Shown piece by piece: positions 9,512 through 18,063 of a DNA stretch of 64,000 nucleotides; position 1 is the stretch's first letter; each line of letters begins with the position of its first letter. The DNA is taken from NCBI GenBank assembly GCA_040390405.1, contig JAZJYJ010000005.1, positions 96,988-160,987 on the forward strand. Reading direction: 5' to 3'. The notes beneath the pieces were generated by a model that saw nothing but the letters and a program-made list of their open reading frames with translations, did no database searches and was not told the origin of the DNA. The position numbers were made by a program, and so were the translations under genes. This DNA comes from Bacteroidota bacterium (GTDB taxonomy: Bacteria; Bacteroidota; Bacteroidia; Chitinophagales; Chitinophagaceae).

Positions 9512-10801
9512 TCAGATTGCTGCGGGAAGGGATGTATAAAAAACAGTTCCTTTTTGTTCAACAGTTTCCACCCAGATCTGTCCGTCGTTCTTTTCAAGGA
9601 ACTCCTTGCAGAGTTTTAATCCCAGGCCCGTGCCTTTCTCATTGGAAGTGCCGGCGCTGGAGACCATGGTAACAGGATCGAAGATGGAAGATTTCATTTC
9701 TTCATTCATGCCCATGCCCCTATCTGCTATTTCGGTGAGGATCTTGTTTTCTTTCCTGTATGAGCGGATGGTAATGATTCCATCCTGGTAACTGTATTTG
9801 ATGGCATTGGACACCAGGTTACGGAATACCAGCATCAAATGATCCGGATCTGCATATACAGAAAGTCCTGCATCTTCAAACTGCAGACAGATGTTTTTTC
9901 TTTCCATGGATTGTTTAAGGAACAGGATGGCTTTGTTCTCAATCACATCGGATAATAAAACATTTTCCGGCCGGGCAACAATGCCCTGGAACTGACTGAT
10001 GCTCCAGCGGAGCAGGTTGTCTAATGTACTGTGCAGTTGGTCAACTTCCGATGACAGCTTAGACGAGATCTTTCTGAATTCATCCGGTGTAAGGTATTCC
10101 CTGGTAACAAGATCCAATGAACCTTTTAACTGCCCGATAGGAGAACGGAGATCATGTGCAATGATGGAAAATAATTTCTGCTTGGTCTGGTTTAAGTTTT
10201 CGAGTTCCGTATTTTTTTCTTCGATCTGCTGCTGGTAAGCCATCTGTTCATTCTTGAAAAACAATAAGGCAAGCAGCATGGTAAGCAGGGTCCAGCTGAT
10301 ATTGAAAATAACCCTGCTGAACGGAACCGTACCATACACATAAGAGGTGGTCAGAAATATTTTTATACCAATAAACAGCAGGCAGTTAAAAGACGTAAGA
10401 AAGATGAGATGCCATTTCTTATTAAAATAGATGATAATGACGAGTAGATTGGCGATCAGAAAATACTCGCCACCGTTCCGGAACAGAACGGCACTGGTGC
10501 TGAACAGGGCACTGGACAAGATGGTCAACACAAAGCGGCTTAATAAAAACATCCGCTGGCTGTTAATGACGAGGATCAGAATTCCCCCGATCAATAAACA
10601 AATATTAATGACACCCAGTACGGTACGCCCGCTTAACAGGTTATGGATAGAGAAGTAAGCATTAACGGGTAAACCACTTGCCACGACTACATTGAGGAGC
10701 TGTGTTTTTTTCTTCTCATGAAAGCTTAAATCATCCGCAATGCCAATACCGGCAATTGTTGAAATGAAAGAAATAATTTTTTTAACAGCAGTTTGGAACA
10801 T
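9512..10801 (-). CDS. Orphan membrane-bound sensor histidine kinase (multi-TM + HisKA + HATPase_c)
   Basis: Several hydrophobic helices, H-box SIIAHDLRSP, N-box NLVSNAIKYS, G boxes DRGMGM and GTGLGL. ATG 10801 preferred because the ORF-track extension runs through a repeat. Confidence 0.9.
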   Translation of the reverse strand: MFQTAVKKIISFISTIAGIGIADDLSFHEKKKTQLLNVVVASGLPVNAYFSIHNLLSGRTVLGVINICLLIGGILILVINSQRMFLLSRFVLTILSSALFSTSAVLFRNGGEYFLIANLLVIIIYFNKKWHLIFLTSFNCLLFIGIKIFLTTSYVYGTVPFSRVIFNISWTLLTMLLALLFFKNEQMAYQQQIEEKNTELENLNQTKQKLFSIIAHDLRSPIGQLKGSLDLVTREYLTPDEFRKISSKLSSEVDQLHSTLDNLLRWSISQFQGIVARPENVLLSDVIENKAILFLKQSMERKNICLQFEDAGLSVYADPDHLMLVFRNLVSNAIKYSYQDGIITIRSYRKENKILTEIADRGMGMNEEMKSSIFDPVTMVSSAGTSNEKGTGLGLKLCKEFLEKNDGQIWVETVEQKGTVFYTSLPAAI

Positions 10802-10881
10802 CGATTTGGTAGTTGAACAGGCGCGTGAAATTAACACATGTAACTTGAAAATATCAGCAAAGAATACAAAGGGTGGTTGGA

Positions 10882-10991
10882 AGTCTGGAGTTAGGAGTCT
10901 GGAGACTGGGTTATTGTAATGTATGTGCCTAGTCCTGAATGAACAGGTACCCAACTCCAGTCTCCAGTCTCCAGACTTCTAACTCCAGACT
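10882..10991. repeat. 7-nt periodic inverted repeat (AGTCTGG arms)
   Basis: agtctgg agttagg agtctgg agactgg, then ccagtct ccagtct ccagact tctaact ccagact. Confidence 0.88.
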
Positions 10992-11082
10992 AAACGGCAT
11001 TGGCTTTGTTCAGCAGCAAAGAATCCATGGGGGAAAACGGCTTTTGCACATTTGAATTAACCCGCTACTTTTGAGGTATTGT

Positions 11083-11658
11083 ATGAATAAATTTTTGATA
11101 ATAGGACTGGGCAATATTGGTGAGGAATACAGGCATACGCGTCATAATATCGGATTTGATGTGGTGAGTGCTTTTGTATTGAAGCATGGTGGTTTTTTTA
11201 AAACCGACCGGCTGGCAGAAGTGGCCGAAGTAAAATGGAAAGGCAAAACGTTTGTGTGCATCAAACCCACCACGTACATGAACCTGAGTGGCAAGGCCTT
11301 TAAATACTGGATGGATAAGGAGAAAGTAGAAGTAGCCGACACTTTAACCATTGTAGATGAACTGGCCCTTCCATTGAACAGGATCCGTTTGCGCGGATCG
11401 GGCAGCGATGCGGGACACAATGGTTTAAAAGATATCCAGCTAACACTGGGAACGGATCAATACCCTAAACTGCGTTTCGGGGTAGGCAACCAGTTTCCTA
11501 AAGGAAGACAGGTAGAATTTGTATTGGGAAAATGGACGCAGGAAGAAATTCCGCTGGTTCATAAGAAGACCGAGAAATGTGTAGAGGTGATAGAATCGTT
11601 CGCGGCTATTGGGATCGAACGGACGATGAATCTGTTTAACAACCAGGTTTTTGAATAA
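11083..11658 (+). CDS. pth: Peptidyl-tRNA hydrolase
   Basis: GLGNIGEEYRHTRHNIGF, KPTTYMNLSG and GHNGLK. A -7 box TACTTTTG lies at 11066-11073. Confidence 0.98.
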   Translation: MNKFLIIGLGNIGEEYRHTRHNIGFDVVSAFVLKHGGFFKTDRLAEVAEVKWKGKTFVCIKPTTYMNLSGKAFKYWMDKEKVEVADTLTIVDELALPLNRIRLRGSGSDAGHNGLKDIQLTLGTDQYPKLRFGVGNQFPKGRQVEFVLGKWTQEEIPLVHKKTEKCVEVIESFAAIGIERTMNLFNNQVFE

Positions 11659-11771
11659 TAAAACGGACCATTTCAACGTTATCGGCCCGGGAAATATAAT
11701 ATAAGTAGCCATTCCTGTATCCGCCGGAAGGCCGTCAACGCTATTTAATTACTATTTTAAAATGCACCATT

Positions 11772-12383
11772 ATGAAGATATTCTGTGTAGGACGCAATTA
11801 TGTTGATCATGCGAAAGAGCTGGGCAATGCGGTTCCGGAAGAACCGGTGATCTTTATGAAACCCAAGAGCGCATTGATGCAATCCAACGCGCCGTTTTAT
11901 TACCCCGAGTTTTCCAATGAATTGCATTACGAGGCGGAAGTTGTTCTGCGGATCTGCAAGAACGGCAGGTATGTGGATGAATCAACCGCAACAGAATACT
12001 ACGACGCATTTACCATCGGTATAGATTTTACCGCACGCGATATACAGGCCGAACTGAAAAAGAAAGGACTGCCCTGGGAAAAAGCCAAAGCATGGGATAA
12101 TTCGGCCATCATTGGCAAATGGGTTGCATTTACCCCCGAAGTATTGAAGAACCCGATCCATTTTTCCCTGCAGAAGAATAAAGAAGTAGTGCAAACAGGT
12201 AATACGGCAGATATGATCTTTTCTTTCAACGAGATCATTGCGCATATCTCTCAGTTCTTCTCCTTAAACATTGGCGACCTGGTATATACCGGAACGCCGG
12301 CTGGTGTTGGCGAATGTGTTACCGATGATGTGCTGGAAGGTTTTTACGGCAAGGAAAAAATGTTCGCACTCGAGATCAAATGA
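11772..12383 (+). CDS. Fumarylacetoacetate hydrolase family protein (YcgM/FAHD1-like)
   Basis: KIFCVGRNYVDHAKELGN, HYEAEV, WEKAKAWD and TGTPAGVG. Confidence 0.95.
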   Translation: MKIFCVGRNYVDHAKELGNAVPEEPVIFMKPKSALMQSNAPFYYPEFSNELHYEAEVVLRICKNGRYVDESTATEYYDAFTIGIDFTARDIQAELKKKGLPWEKAKAWDNSAIIGKWVAFTPEVLKNPIHFSLQKNKEVVQTGNTADMIFSFNEIIAHISQFFSLNIGDLVYTGTPAGVGECVTDDVLEGFYGKEKMFALEIK

Positions 12384-14548
12384 GTACAGAAAAAGGAATA
12401 GCAGCAGATGCAGTAAAAACCGTTGGTGTGTTTACCTCACCAGCCAATAAAGTTGATCCAGTTTCAACAGAAAAAAAACGAATGCTCACGCCGGAAACAT
12501 TATTACAGGCTTACCAGGTGATGGTTACCGCCCGCGCAATGGGCGATACCTATGATGCCAACCGGCAGGTTTGCAAATATGTTCACTCCACTTCCCGCGG
12601 ACATGAAGCCATACAAATCGCAACCGGCCTGCACTTGCTGCCCTGCGATTGGGTTAGTCCTTATTACAGGGATGATAGTATCCTGCTTTCTGTTGGGTTT
12701 ACGCCTTATGAACTGATGCTGCAATTGCTGGCAAAAAAAGAGGACCCGTTTTCGGGGGGGCGCTCTTATTATTGCCACCCAAGCAGCAGGGATACTTCCA
12801 AACCATCTATCATTCACCAAAGCAGCGCTACCGGTATGCAGGCCATACCTACCACCGGTATTGCACAGGGTATCCGTTTTCTGGAGCAAACAGCCTCGCC
12901 GTTGTTGCGTAAAGGCGATGATGGTCAATTACCTGTTGTGGTATGTTCATTGGGCGATGGAAGTGTATCGGAAGGAGAAGTGAGCGAAGCATTCCAGTTT
13001 GCCGTATTAAAACAATTACCCATTGTATACCTGGTGCAGGATAACCAGTGGAGCATCAGTGCCTCCGCAGACGAGATCAGAACCACCAATGCCTATGATT
13101 ACGCCGCGGGTTTTAAAGGACTGAAACGCTTGCAATGCGACGGCAGCGATTTTATCCGCAGCTACGAAACCATGCAGCAGGCGATCGATTATGCGAGAGA
13201 AGAACGCAAACCGGTTTTGGTACATGCAAAAGTTCCCTTATTGGGCCACCATACCAGTGGGGTAAGAAAAGAATTCTACAGAACCCGCGAAGACCTGTTA
13301 AAGCATGGTTTGTATGATCCCGCTCCCAAATTGCGTTTGTTGCTGAATGGGGTAGGTTACCATGAGCATGAGATCAACCAGGCCGAAACAGAAGCGCAGG
13401 AAAAAGTAACACAGGATTTTATCCGAGCGCAAAACAGCATCGATCCAGATGCGGCCAGCGTAGAAAACCATGTGTTTGCACCTACACCCGTTACGGAAGA
13501 AAAAGGGAAACGGGTTTCTAAAAATAGCGAGCGGATAATGATGGTTGATGCCGCATTACATGCTGTTGAGGAAATATTGGAGCAGTACCCCGAAGCCATT
13601 TTATACGGACAGGATGTAGGCGCCCGCCTGGGCGGTGTATTTCGCGAAGCAGCTACACTTGCCGATAAATTCGGGGCACAACGTGTATTCAATACCGCTA
13701 TACAGGAAGCCTATATCGTAGGTTCTACCGTGGGCCTGTCTGCATTGGGTATGAAACCGATTGTAGAGATCCAGTTCGCGGATTATATCTATCCGGGATT
13801 GAACCAGCTGATTACGGAAGCTTCTAAATCCTGTTATCTGTCTAATGGAAAATTTCCGGTACAGATGGTATTGCGGGTGCCAACCGGAGCATATGGTGGT
13901 GGCGGGCCTTATCACAGTGGCAGTATTGAAAGTACCCTGCTTTCTATAAAAGGCATTAAAGTGGTTTACCCATCCAATGCGGCTGATATGAAGGGATTAA
14001 TGAAAGCGGCATTTTTAGATCCCAATCCCGTGGTGATGCTGGAACACAAGGGACTTTACTGGAGCAAAGTACCCGGAACCGATGATGCCCGGACCATTGA
14101 GCCCGATAAACAGTATGTATTACCATTGGGCAAGGCAAATACTGTGCTTGAGGCCTCCCCGGCACGCATACGCAAGGGCGAAACAGTTTGCATAATAACT
14201 TATGGAATGGGTGTATACTGGGCCAAAGCGGCTGCTGAATTACTGCCCGGACAAATAGAAATCCTTGATTTGCGCAGCTTGTTTCCGCTGGATGAGGAAA
14301 TGATCTATGCCACGGTACGAAAACACGGAAAAGTATTGGTGTTGAGTGAAGAGCAGCAGAATAATTCATTTGCGGAGGCATTATCACTCCGTATTTCCAA
14401 TAATTGTTACCATTTTCTGGATGCCCGGGTAGAAGTGATGGGTGCCCGTAACCTGCCCGCAGTGCCCATAAATACGGTACTGGAAGCGGCTATGCTGCCC
14501 ACGCCGGCCAAATTAACCGAACGGATACAGAAACTTTTAGCCTATTAA
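12380..14548 (+). CDS. Fused alpha/beta E1 component of a TPP-dependent 2-oxoacid dehydrogenase
   Basis: GHEAIQ, TPP motif GDGSVSEG...NQW, GVFRE, FNTAIQEA, VEIQFADYIYP and HSGS. ATGA overlap with the upstream gene. Confidence 0.93.
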   Translation: MSTEKGIAADAVKTVGVFTSPANKVDPVSTEKKRMLTPETLLQAYQVMVTARAMGDTYDANRQVCKYVHSTSRGHEAIQIATGLHLLPCDWVSPYYRDDSILLSVGFTPYELMLQLLAKKEDPFSGGRSYYCHPSSRDTSKPSIIHQSSATGMQAIPTTGIAQGIRFLEQTASPLLRKGDDGQLPVVVCSLGDGSVSEGEVSEAFQFAVLKQLPIVYLVQDNQWSISASADEIRTTNAYDYAAGFKGLKRLQCDGSDFIRSYETMQQAIDYAREERKPVLVHAKVPLLGHHTSGVRKEFYRTREDLLKHGLYDPAPKLRLLLNGVGYHEHEINQAETEAQEKVTQDFIRAQNSIDPDAASVENHVFAPTPVTEEKGKRVSKNSERIMMVDAALHAVEEILEQYPEAILYGQDVGARLGGVFREAATLADKFGAQRVFNTAIQEAYIVGSTVGLSALGMKPIVEIQFADYIYPGLNQLITEASKSCYLSNGKFPVQMVLRVPTGAYGGGGPYHSGSIESTLLSIKGIKVVYPSNAADMKGLMKAAFLDPNPVVMLEHKGLYWSKVPGTDDARTIEPDKQYVLPLGKANTVLEASPARIRKGETVCIITYGMGVYWAKAAAELLPGQIEILDLRSLFPLDEEMIYATVRKHGKVLVLSEEQQNNSFAEALSLRISNNCYHFLDARVEVMGARNLPAVPINTVLEAAMLPTPAKLTERIQKLLAY

Positions 14549-14573
14549 GGGTTTTCCATTTGTGCAAACCTCC

Positions 14574-14581
14574 TATATTTG
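14574..14581 (+). promoter_or_regulatory. sigma-A -7 box for the tRNA (TATATTTG)
   Basis: TAnnTTTG match 48 nt upstream of the tRNA. Confidence 0.6.
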
Positions 14582-14629
14582 CAGCCCGTTAGCGAAAATT
14601 TGTCCTACAGCGCGACGGAAAAATAACCT

Positions 14630-14703
14630 GGCGAGGTAGCTCAGTTGGTTAGAGCACAGGATTCATAACCCTGAGGTCTCGGGTTCAAATCCCGATCTCG
14701 CTA
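14630..14703 (+). tRNA. tRNA with CAT anticodon (elongator Met most likely; Ile2 not excluded)
   Basis: Cloverleaf: acceptor GGCGAGG/TCTCGCT, D arm GCTC/GAGC, anticodon loop TTCATAA (CAT at 14664-14666), T arm TCGGG-TTCAAAT-CCCGA. CCA is not encoded. Confidence 0.96.
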
Positions 14704-14711
14704 CAAGCAGG

Positions 14712-14733
14712 AAGCCCCATTAGGGGCTTTTTT
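14712..14733 (+). terminator. Terminator after the tRNA
   Basis: aagcccc atta ggggctt tttt. Confidence 0.85.
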
Positions 14734-14848
14734 GTGCTTTTACCAGGCGGTTGGGTATTTTAATTCTGCCTGTAAACATTGCATAATTCCTCCCGGTTTT
14801 CTACTTTGTATGGTAATCCCCCCAGAAACCTCAAAACCCTACATTAAC

Positions 14849-15565
14849 ATGTCAACCAACCAACCGTCTTTCACAACCCACCGCCGTGGATTTTTGGGAG
14901 CAATCACAAAAGCCGCCGCTGCTTTCGGATTAACAAGCCTGGCATTACCCATTAACCAACTAATGGCATCAGAAGCTGCTACAGGAGAAAAGATTACCTA
15001 TGCGCCTGCCGATGCCGATCAATGGTTTAACCAGGTAAAGGGCAAGCATAAAATAGTATATGATGCAACACAACCCCATGAGATCTTTCCGTTCGCATGG
15101 CCCAAGGTGTTTTTATTAACCAACCAGGCAACAGGAACACCTGCCAGTGATTGTGGTGTAGTGGTAGTATTAAGACATACCGCCATTGCGTATGCATTTG
15201 ATCATTGGGTTTGGTCAAAATATAAATTCGGTGAATTATTCAATGCAAATGATCCTAAAACTAAACAGGCCTCTTTACGCAACCCATTCTGGAAGCCTCA
15301 GCCAGGCGATTTCAAACTTCCGGGAATTGGCGAAGTGCAGATCGGCATCAACGAATTGCAGGCAGACGGTGTAATGTTTTGTGCTTGCGAAATGGCAATT
15401 AGCGTATTTACCGGGGCAGCTGCGGGAATGATGAATATGAGCCAGGAAGATGTAAAGAAAGACTGGATGAAAGGATTGCTGCCGGGTGTTCAGTTAGTAC
15501 CAGCGGGCGTATGGGCGGTTGGCAGGGCACAGGAGCATGGATGTGCTTATTGCTTTGCAGGATAA
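14849..15565 (+). CDS. Tat-signal exported protein, DsrE/F-like fold suspected
   Basis: From ATG 14849: HRRGFLG twin-arginine signal, then VVVVLRH, FCACEMA and C-terminal GCAYCFAG. The ORF-track start (14732) lies inside the tRNA terminator. Confidence 0.8.
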   Translation: MSTNQPSFTTHRRGFLGAITKAAAAFGLTSLALPINQLMASEAATGEKITYAPADADQWFNQVKGKHKIVYDATQPHEIFPFAWPKVFLLTNQATGTPASDCGVVVVLRHTAIAYAFDHWVWSKYKFGELFNANDPKTKQASLRNPFWKPQPGDFKLPGIGEVQIGINELQADGVMFCACEMAISVFTGAAAGMMNMSQEDVKKDWMKGLLPGVQLVPAGVWAVGRAQEHGCAYCFAG

Positions 15566-15617
15566 TTGCAAAGCCGATTCTTCAGACTAGCGCTGATCAG
15601 TTGCCGCGTTCGTTACA

Positions 15618-15686
15618 ATAATCCTATGGTCAGGGTTCAAATCTCACTCTTTATACAAACAGGCCCCATTCGGGGCCTGTTTGTAT
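15618..15686 (+). pseudogene. Degenerate copy of the tRNA 3' half plus its terminator
   Basis: ataatcctatggtca-gggttcaaatctcactctttatacaaacaggccccattcggggc aligns to 14665-14727 at about 47 of 63 columns by manual alignment. Confidence 0.7.
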
Positions 15687-15850
15687 ATGGCCAAGCTCTT
15701 TCCATTAATATTTCATCCGGTAATAGGAAATGATTTTTTTCGTGACAAATACTAACTCTTTTCTACACTTCAATGCTGATGAGCATTATTAATTCATAAC
15801 GTGTTGTACTCCTATTAAACAACTCAACTGGAACACTCACTTCGCGAACT

Positions 15851-15945
15851 TTGCGGTTCATTGCGGGCTTTGCGTTACTGCTTTTTCCGCATTACGAATA
15901 AGGCAAATTGTAAAGTTATAACGCAAAGCCCGCAATGAACCGCAA
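15851..15945. repeat. 9-nt periodic inverted repeat with perfect 27-bp arms
   Basis: ttgcggttcattgcgggctttgcgtta (15851-15877) and taacgcaaagcccgcaatgaaccgcaa (15919-15945). Confidence 0.92.
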
Positions 15946-16160
15946 GGCACGCAAGAGACCGAATAGAAATAAATAATATATTATATGTCATTGCAAAAAT
16001 TATTTTAAAAAATCAGGAACTGTATTGTGTTTGTAATCAACGGTATACGTTCGTTATTCGGAAAGTAAAATGAAAAAAGCCTGACCGGTTTCTGCGCAGA
16101 CTGGCAATCTTTACGTATCTTAAAAATTCAACCAAAACATAAACAGAAAATTAGATTAAC

Positions 16161-16847
16161 ATGAGAAAAAGACAAGCGATCATCAAGGCCTTATTTGTAT
16201 CCGTATTTTTCCTGTCGTGCATTACAGGTAGTTTCGCCGCAGAAAAAGTAACCATCACAACATCGCCTCAAACAGCACGTGTATATGTTAACGGTGTTCA
16301 GATGGGTACGGGTAAAGTGGAAATAAAAATTTCAAAAAACGATTGTCTTACTGTTGAAGTAAAGCAGGAAGGATATATCGGTGAAAGCCGCACGTATTGT
16401 GTAAAAAAAGGAATGGCCGATCCTCCATCAACAGATTATATTCAATTGCAGGAAGATGAATCCTATACGTCTTCTATAGAATCTAATATTGCCAATACAG
16501 AAATACAGATCAATGTAAACGCTACCAAATCAAGGGAAGATGCCTGGAAACAGGTGGTAAGTACCGTTTTAGATAAGTTCGATGTTCTGGAAAACAGCGA
16601 TGAGAAAGCGGGTTATCTCCGCACTTCATGGGTAGGTATGTCTTTTAAAGCGAATACGGTTCGTATCCGGATGATCGTAAAACAGTCTTCTGAAAAACCG
16701 CTCGTTTATAAAGTAAAATTTGTTTCAGAAGCTTCGGGAAGATCATCAACTGCCTATAATGCTGATGAACAATTCAGGCCTTATAACCGTATCCTTAAAA
16801 AGTATGACGGATTTTTAGATGAATTGGTTACAAGATTAAAAAACTAA
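16161..16847 (+). CDS. Secreted PEGA-like domain protein
   Basis: Signal peptide, then a PEGA-like segment (ITTSPQTARVYVNGVQMGT...VKQEGY), then an unknown alpha/beta C-terminal domain. Confidence 0.75.
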   Translation: MRKRQAIIKALFVSVFFLSCITGSFAAEKVTITTSPQTARVYVNGVQMGTGKVEIKISKNDCLTVEVKQEGYIGESRTYCVKKGMADPPSTDYIQLQEDESYTSSIESNIANTEIQINVNATKSREDAWKQVVSTVLDKFDVLENSDEKAGYLRTSWVGMSFKANTVRIRMIVKQSSEKPLVYKVKFVSEASGRSSTAYNADEQFRPYNRILKKYDGFLDELVTRLKN

Positions 16848-16922
16848 ATGAATACATAGTATGATCCGCATCGTTTGATGCAACGCGAGGTTAGATATAA
16901 TCTTGTTATCGTACGTTTTAAA

Positions 16923-16957
16923 AAATGGCCCTGGAAATAGTATTTTCGGGGCCATTT
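16923..16957 (+). terminator. Hairpin / probable terminator
   Basis: aaatggccctggaaa tagta ttttcggggccattt. Confidence 0.6.
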
Positions 16958-17018
16958 GATATCTATACCGCAATAGCATCCCTCTTTTTCCGCACTTCAA
17001 TATTTTGTATATTTGAGT

Positions 17019-17222
17019 ATGTCATCGTATAAATTGGATAGAACCGCATTCAAGGCACAAACCATGGAAGAAGCGGCGAATCATACTGCTTATTACCATA
17101 AGATAAGCTGGATAGAGCGCTTGCGTGTATCTGCTTATTTAAATGGTATTGCGTTTAACTACCCCCAGGATCTTCCGCCACGAATGGATAAAACAAGGTT
17201 CGAAGCCAAGTCAAGAAAATAA
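17019..17222 (+). CDS. Small hypothetical protein (67 aa), partner of the nucleotidyltransferase
   Basis: MSSYKLDRTAFKAQ...WIERLRVSAYLN...PPRMDKTRFE. Its stop is 2 nt before the next ATG. The -7 box TATATTTG (17008-17015) overlaps the ORF-track TTG, so ATG 17019 is preferred. Confidence 0.75.
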   Translation: MSSYKLDRTAFKAQTMEEAANHTAYYHKISWIERLRVSAYLNGIAFNYPQDLPPRMDKTRFEAKSRK

Positions 17223-17224
17223 TA

Positions 17225-17692
17225 ATGGGTAATATATTTAATGAAGATTTTAGAGATTTCCTGTTGGCACTTAACAAACAGGAGGTAAAGTATTTACTTG
17301 TAGGCGGATTTGCAGTAATTCTTCATGGATATTCAAGAACTACTGGCGATATGGACATTTGGGTAGAAAGAACACCTCAAAATTATTTTCGGATTAAGCA
17401 GGCATTCTTACAGTTCGGAATGCCCGTGTTTGATATGACAGAAAATAATTTTCTGTCGCATCCCAATTGGGATGTATTTACTTTTGGAATACCACCTGTG
17501 GCAATTGATTTAATGATTAAAGTAAAAGGGCTTGAATTTGAAGCTTGTTTTACAAGTGCTATCATATTTGAAGATGAAGATCTGAAGATCAGAACCATTA
17601 ACTTGAATGACTTACTAATAGCAAAAAAGCTAGCAGGTAGGTCTAAAGACCTGAATGACTTGGAGAATTTATCTCCTGATTTAGAACCCTGA
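17225..17692 (+). CDS. Minimal nucleotidyltransferase (DUF6036-like)
   Basis: LVGGFAVILHGYSRTTGDMDIWV (GG...DxD NTase motif) and C-terminal K...GRSKDLNDL. Confidence 0.85.
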   Translation: MGNIFNEDFRDFLLALNKQEVKYLLVGGFAVILHGYSRTTGDMDIWVERTPQNYFRIKQAFLQFGMPVFDMTENNFLSHPNWDVFTFGIPPVAIDLMIKVKGLEFEACFTSAIIFEDEDLKIRTINLNDLLIAKKLAGRSKDLNDLENLSPDLEP

Positions 17693-17815
17693 AGTCTCAG
17701 ATTTACATCCCGATCTTGCCACAAGGAGGAAACCTCATCAGGGCTTTTTTGTATGCATATCACCAGAATCCTCCCTCTTATATTCCAATTTTTACCATTG
17801 AGAAATCGGGGCGTT

Positions 17816-17899
17816 ATTTCAATAAGAGAAAGCCAGAGAAAAAGAGCTGAGGAGAACGACTCTTATCGCTTTTTTTCTCTGGCTTTCTCTTATTGAAAT
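17816..17899. repeat. Perfect 28-bp inverted repeat
   Basis: atttcaataagagaaagccagagaaaaa (17816-17843) and tttttctctggctttctcttattgaaat (17872-17899). Confidence 0.9.
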
Positions 17900-18063
17900 A
17901 GCTTTATTCCAGAAACGATCATGTGGGAAAATCCTTGAGTCCCCCCTTGCCTGCGAATAGTGTACGTAAAGAAATACATTGAGTCGAGGCTCCTTATTAA
18001 GTTTATTATATCCCCCCGCTTTTTTTTATTAACTTACTAAACAGCATAATCGAAACCCTGCGC

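Noticed and set aside
14630-14703. Initiator tRNA-fMet
   Set aside because: It has G1-U72 rather than a C1:A72 mismatch and lacks three consecutive G-C pairs in the anticodon stem.
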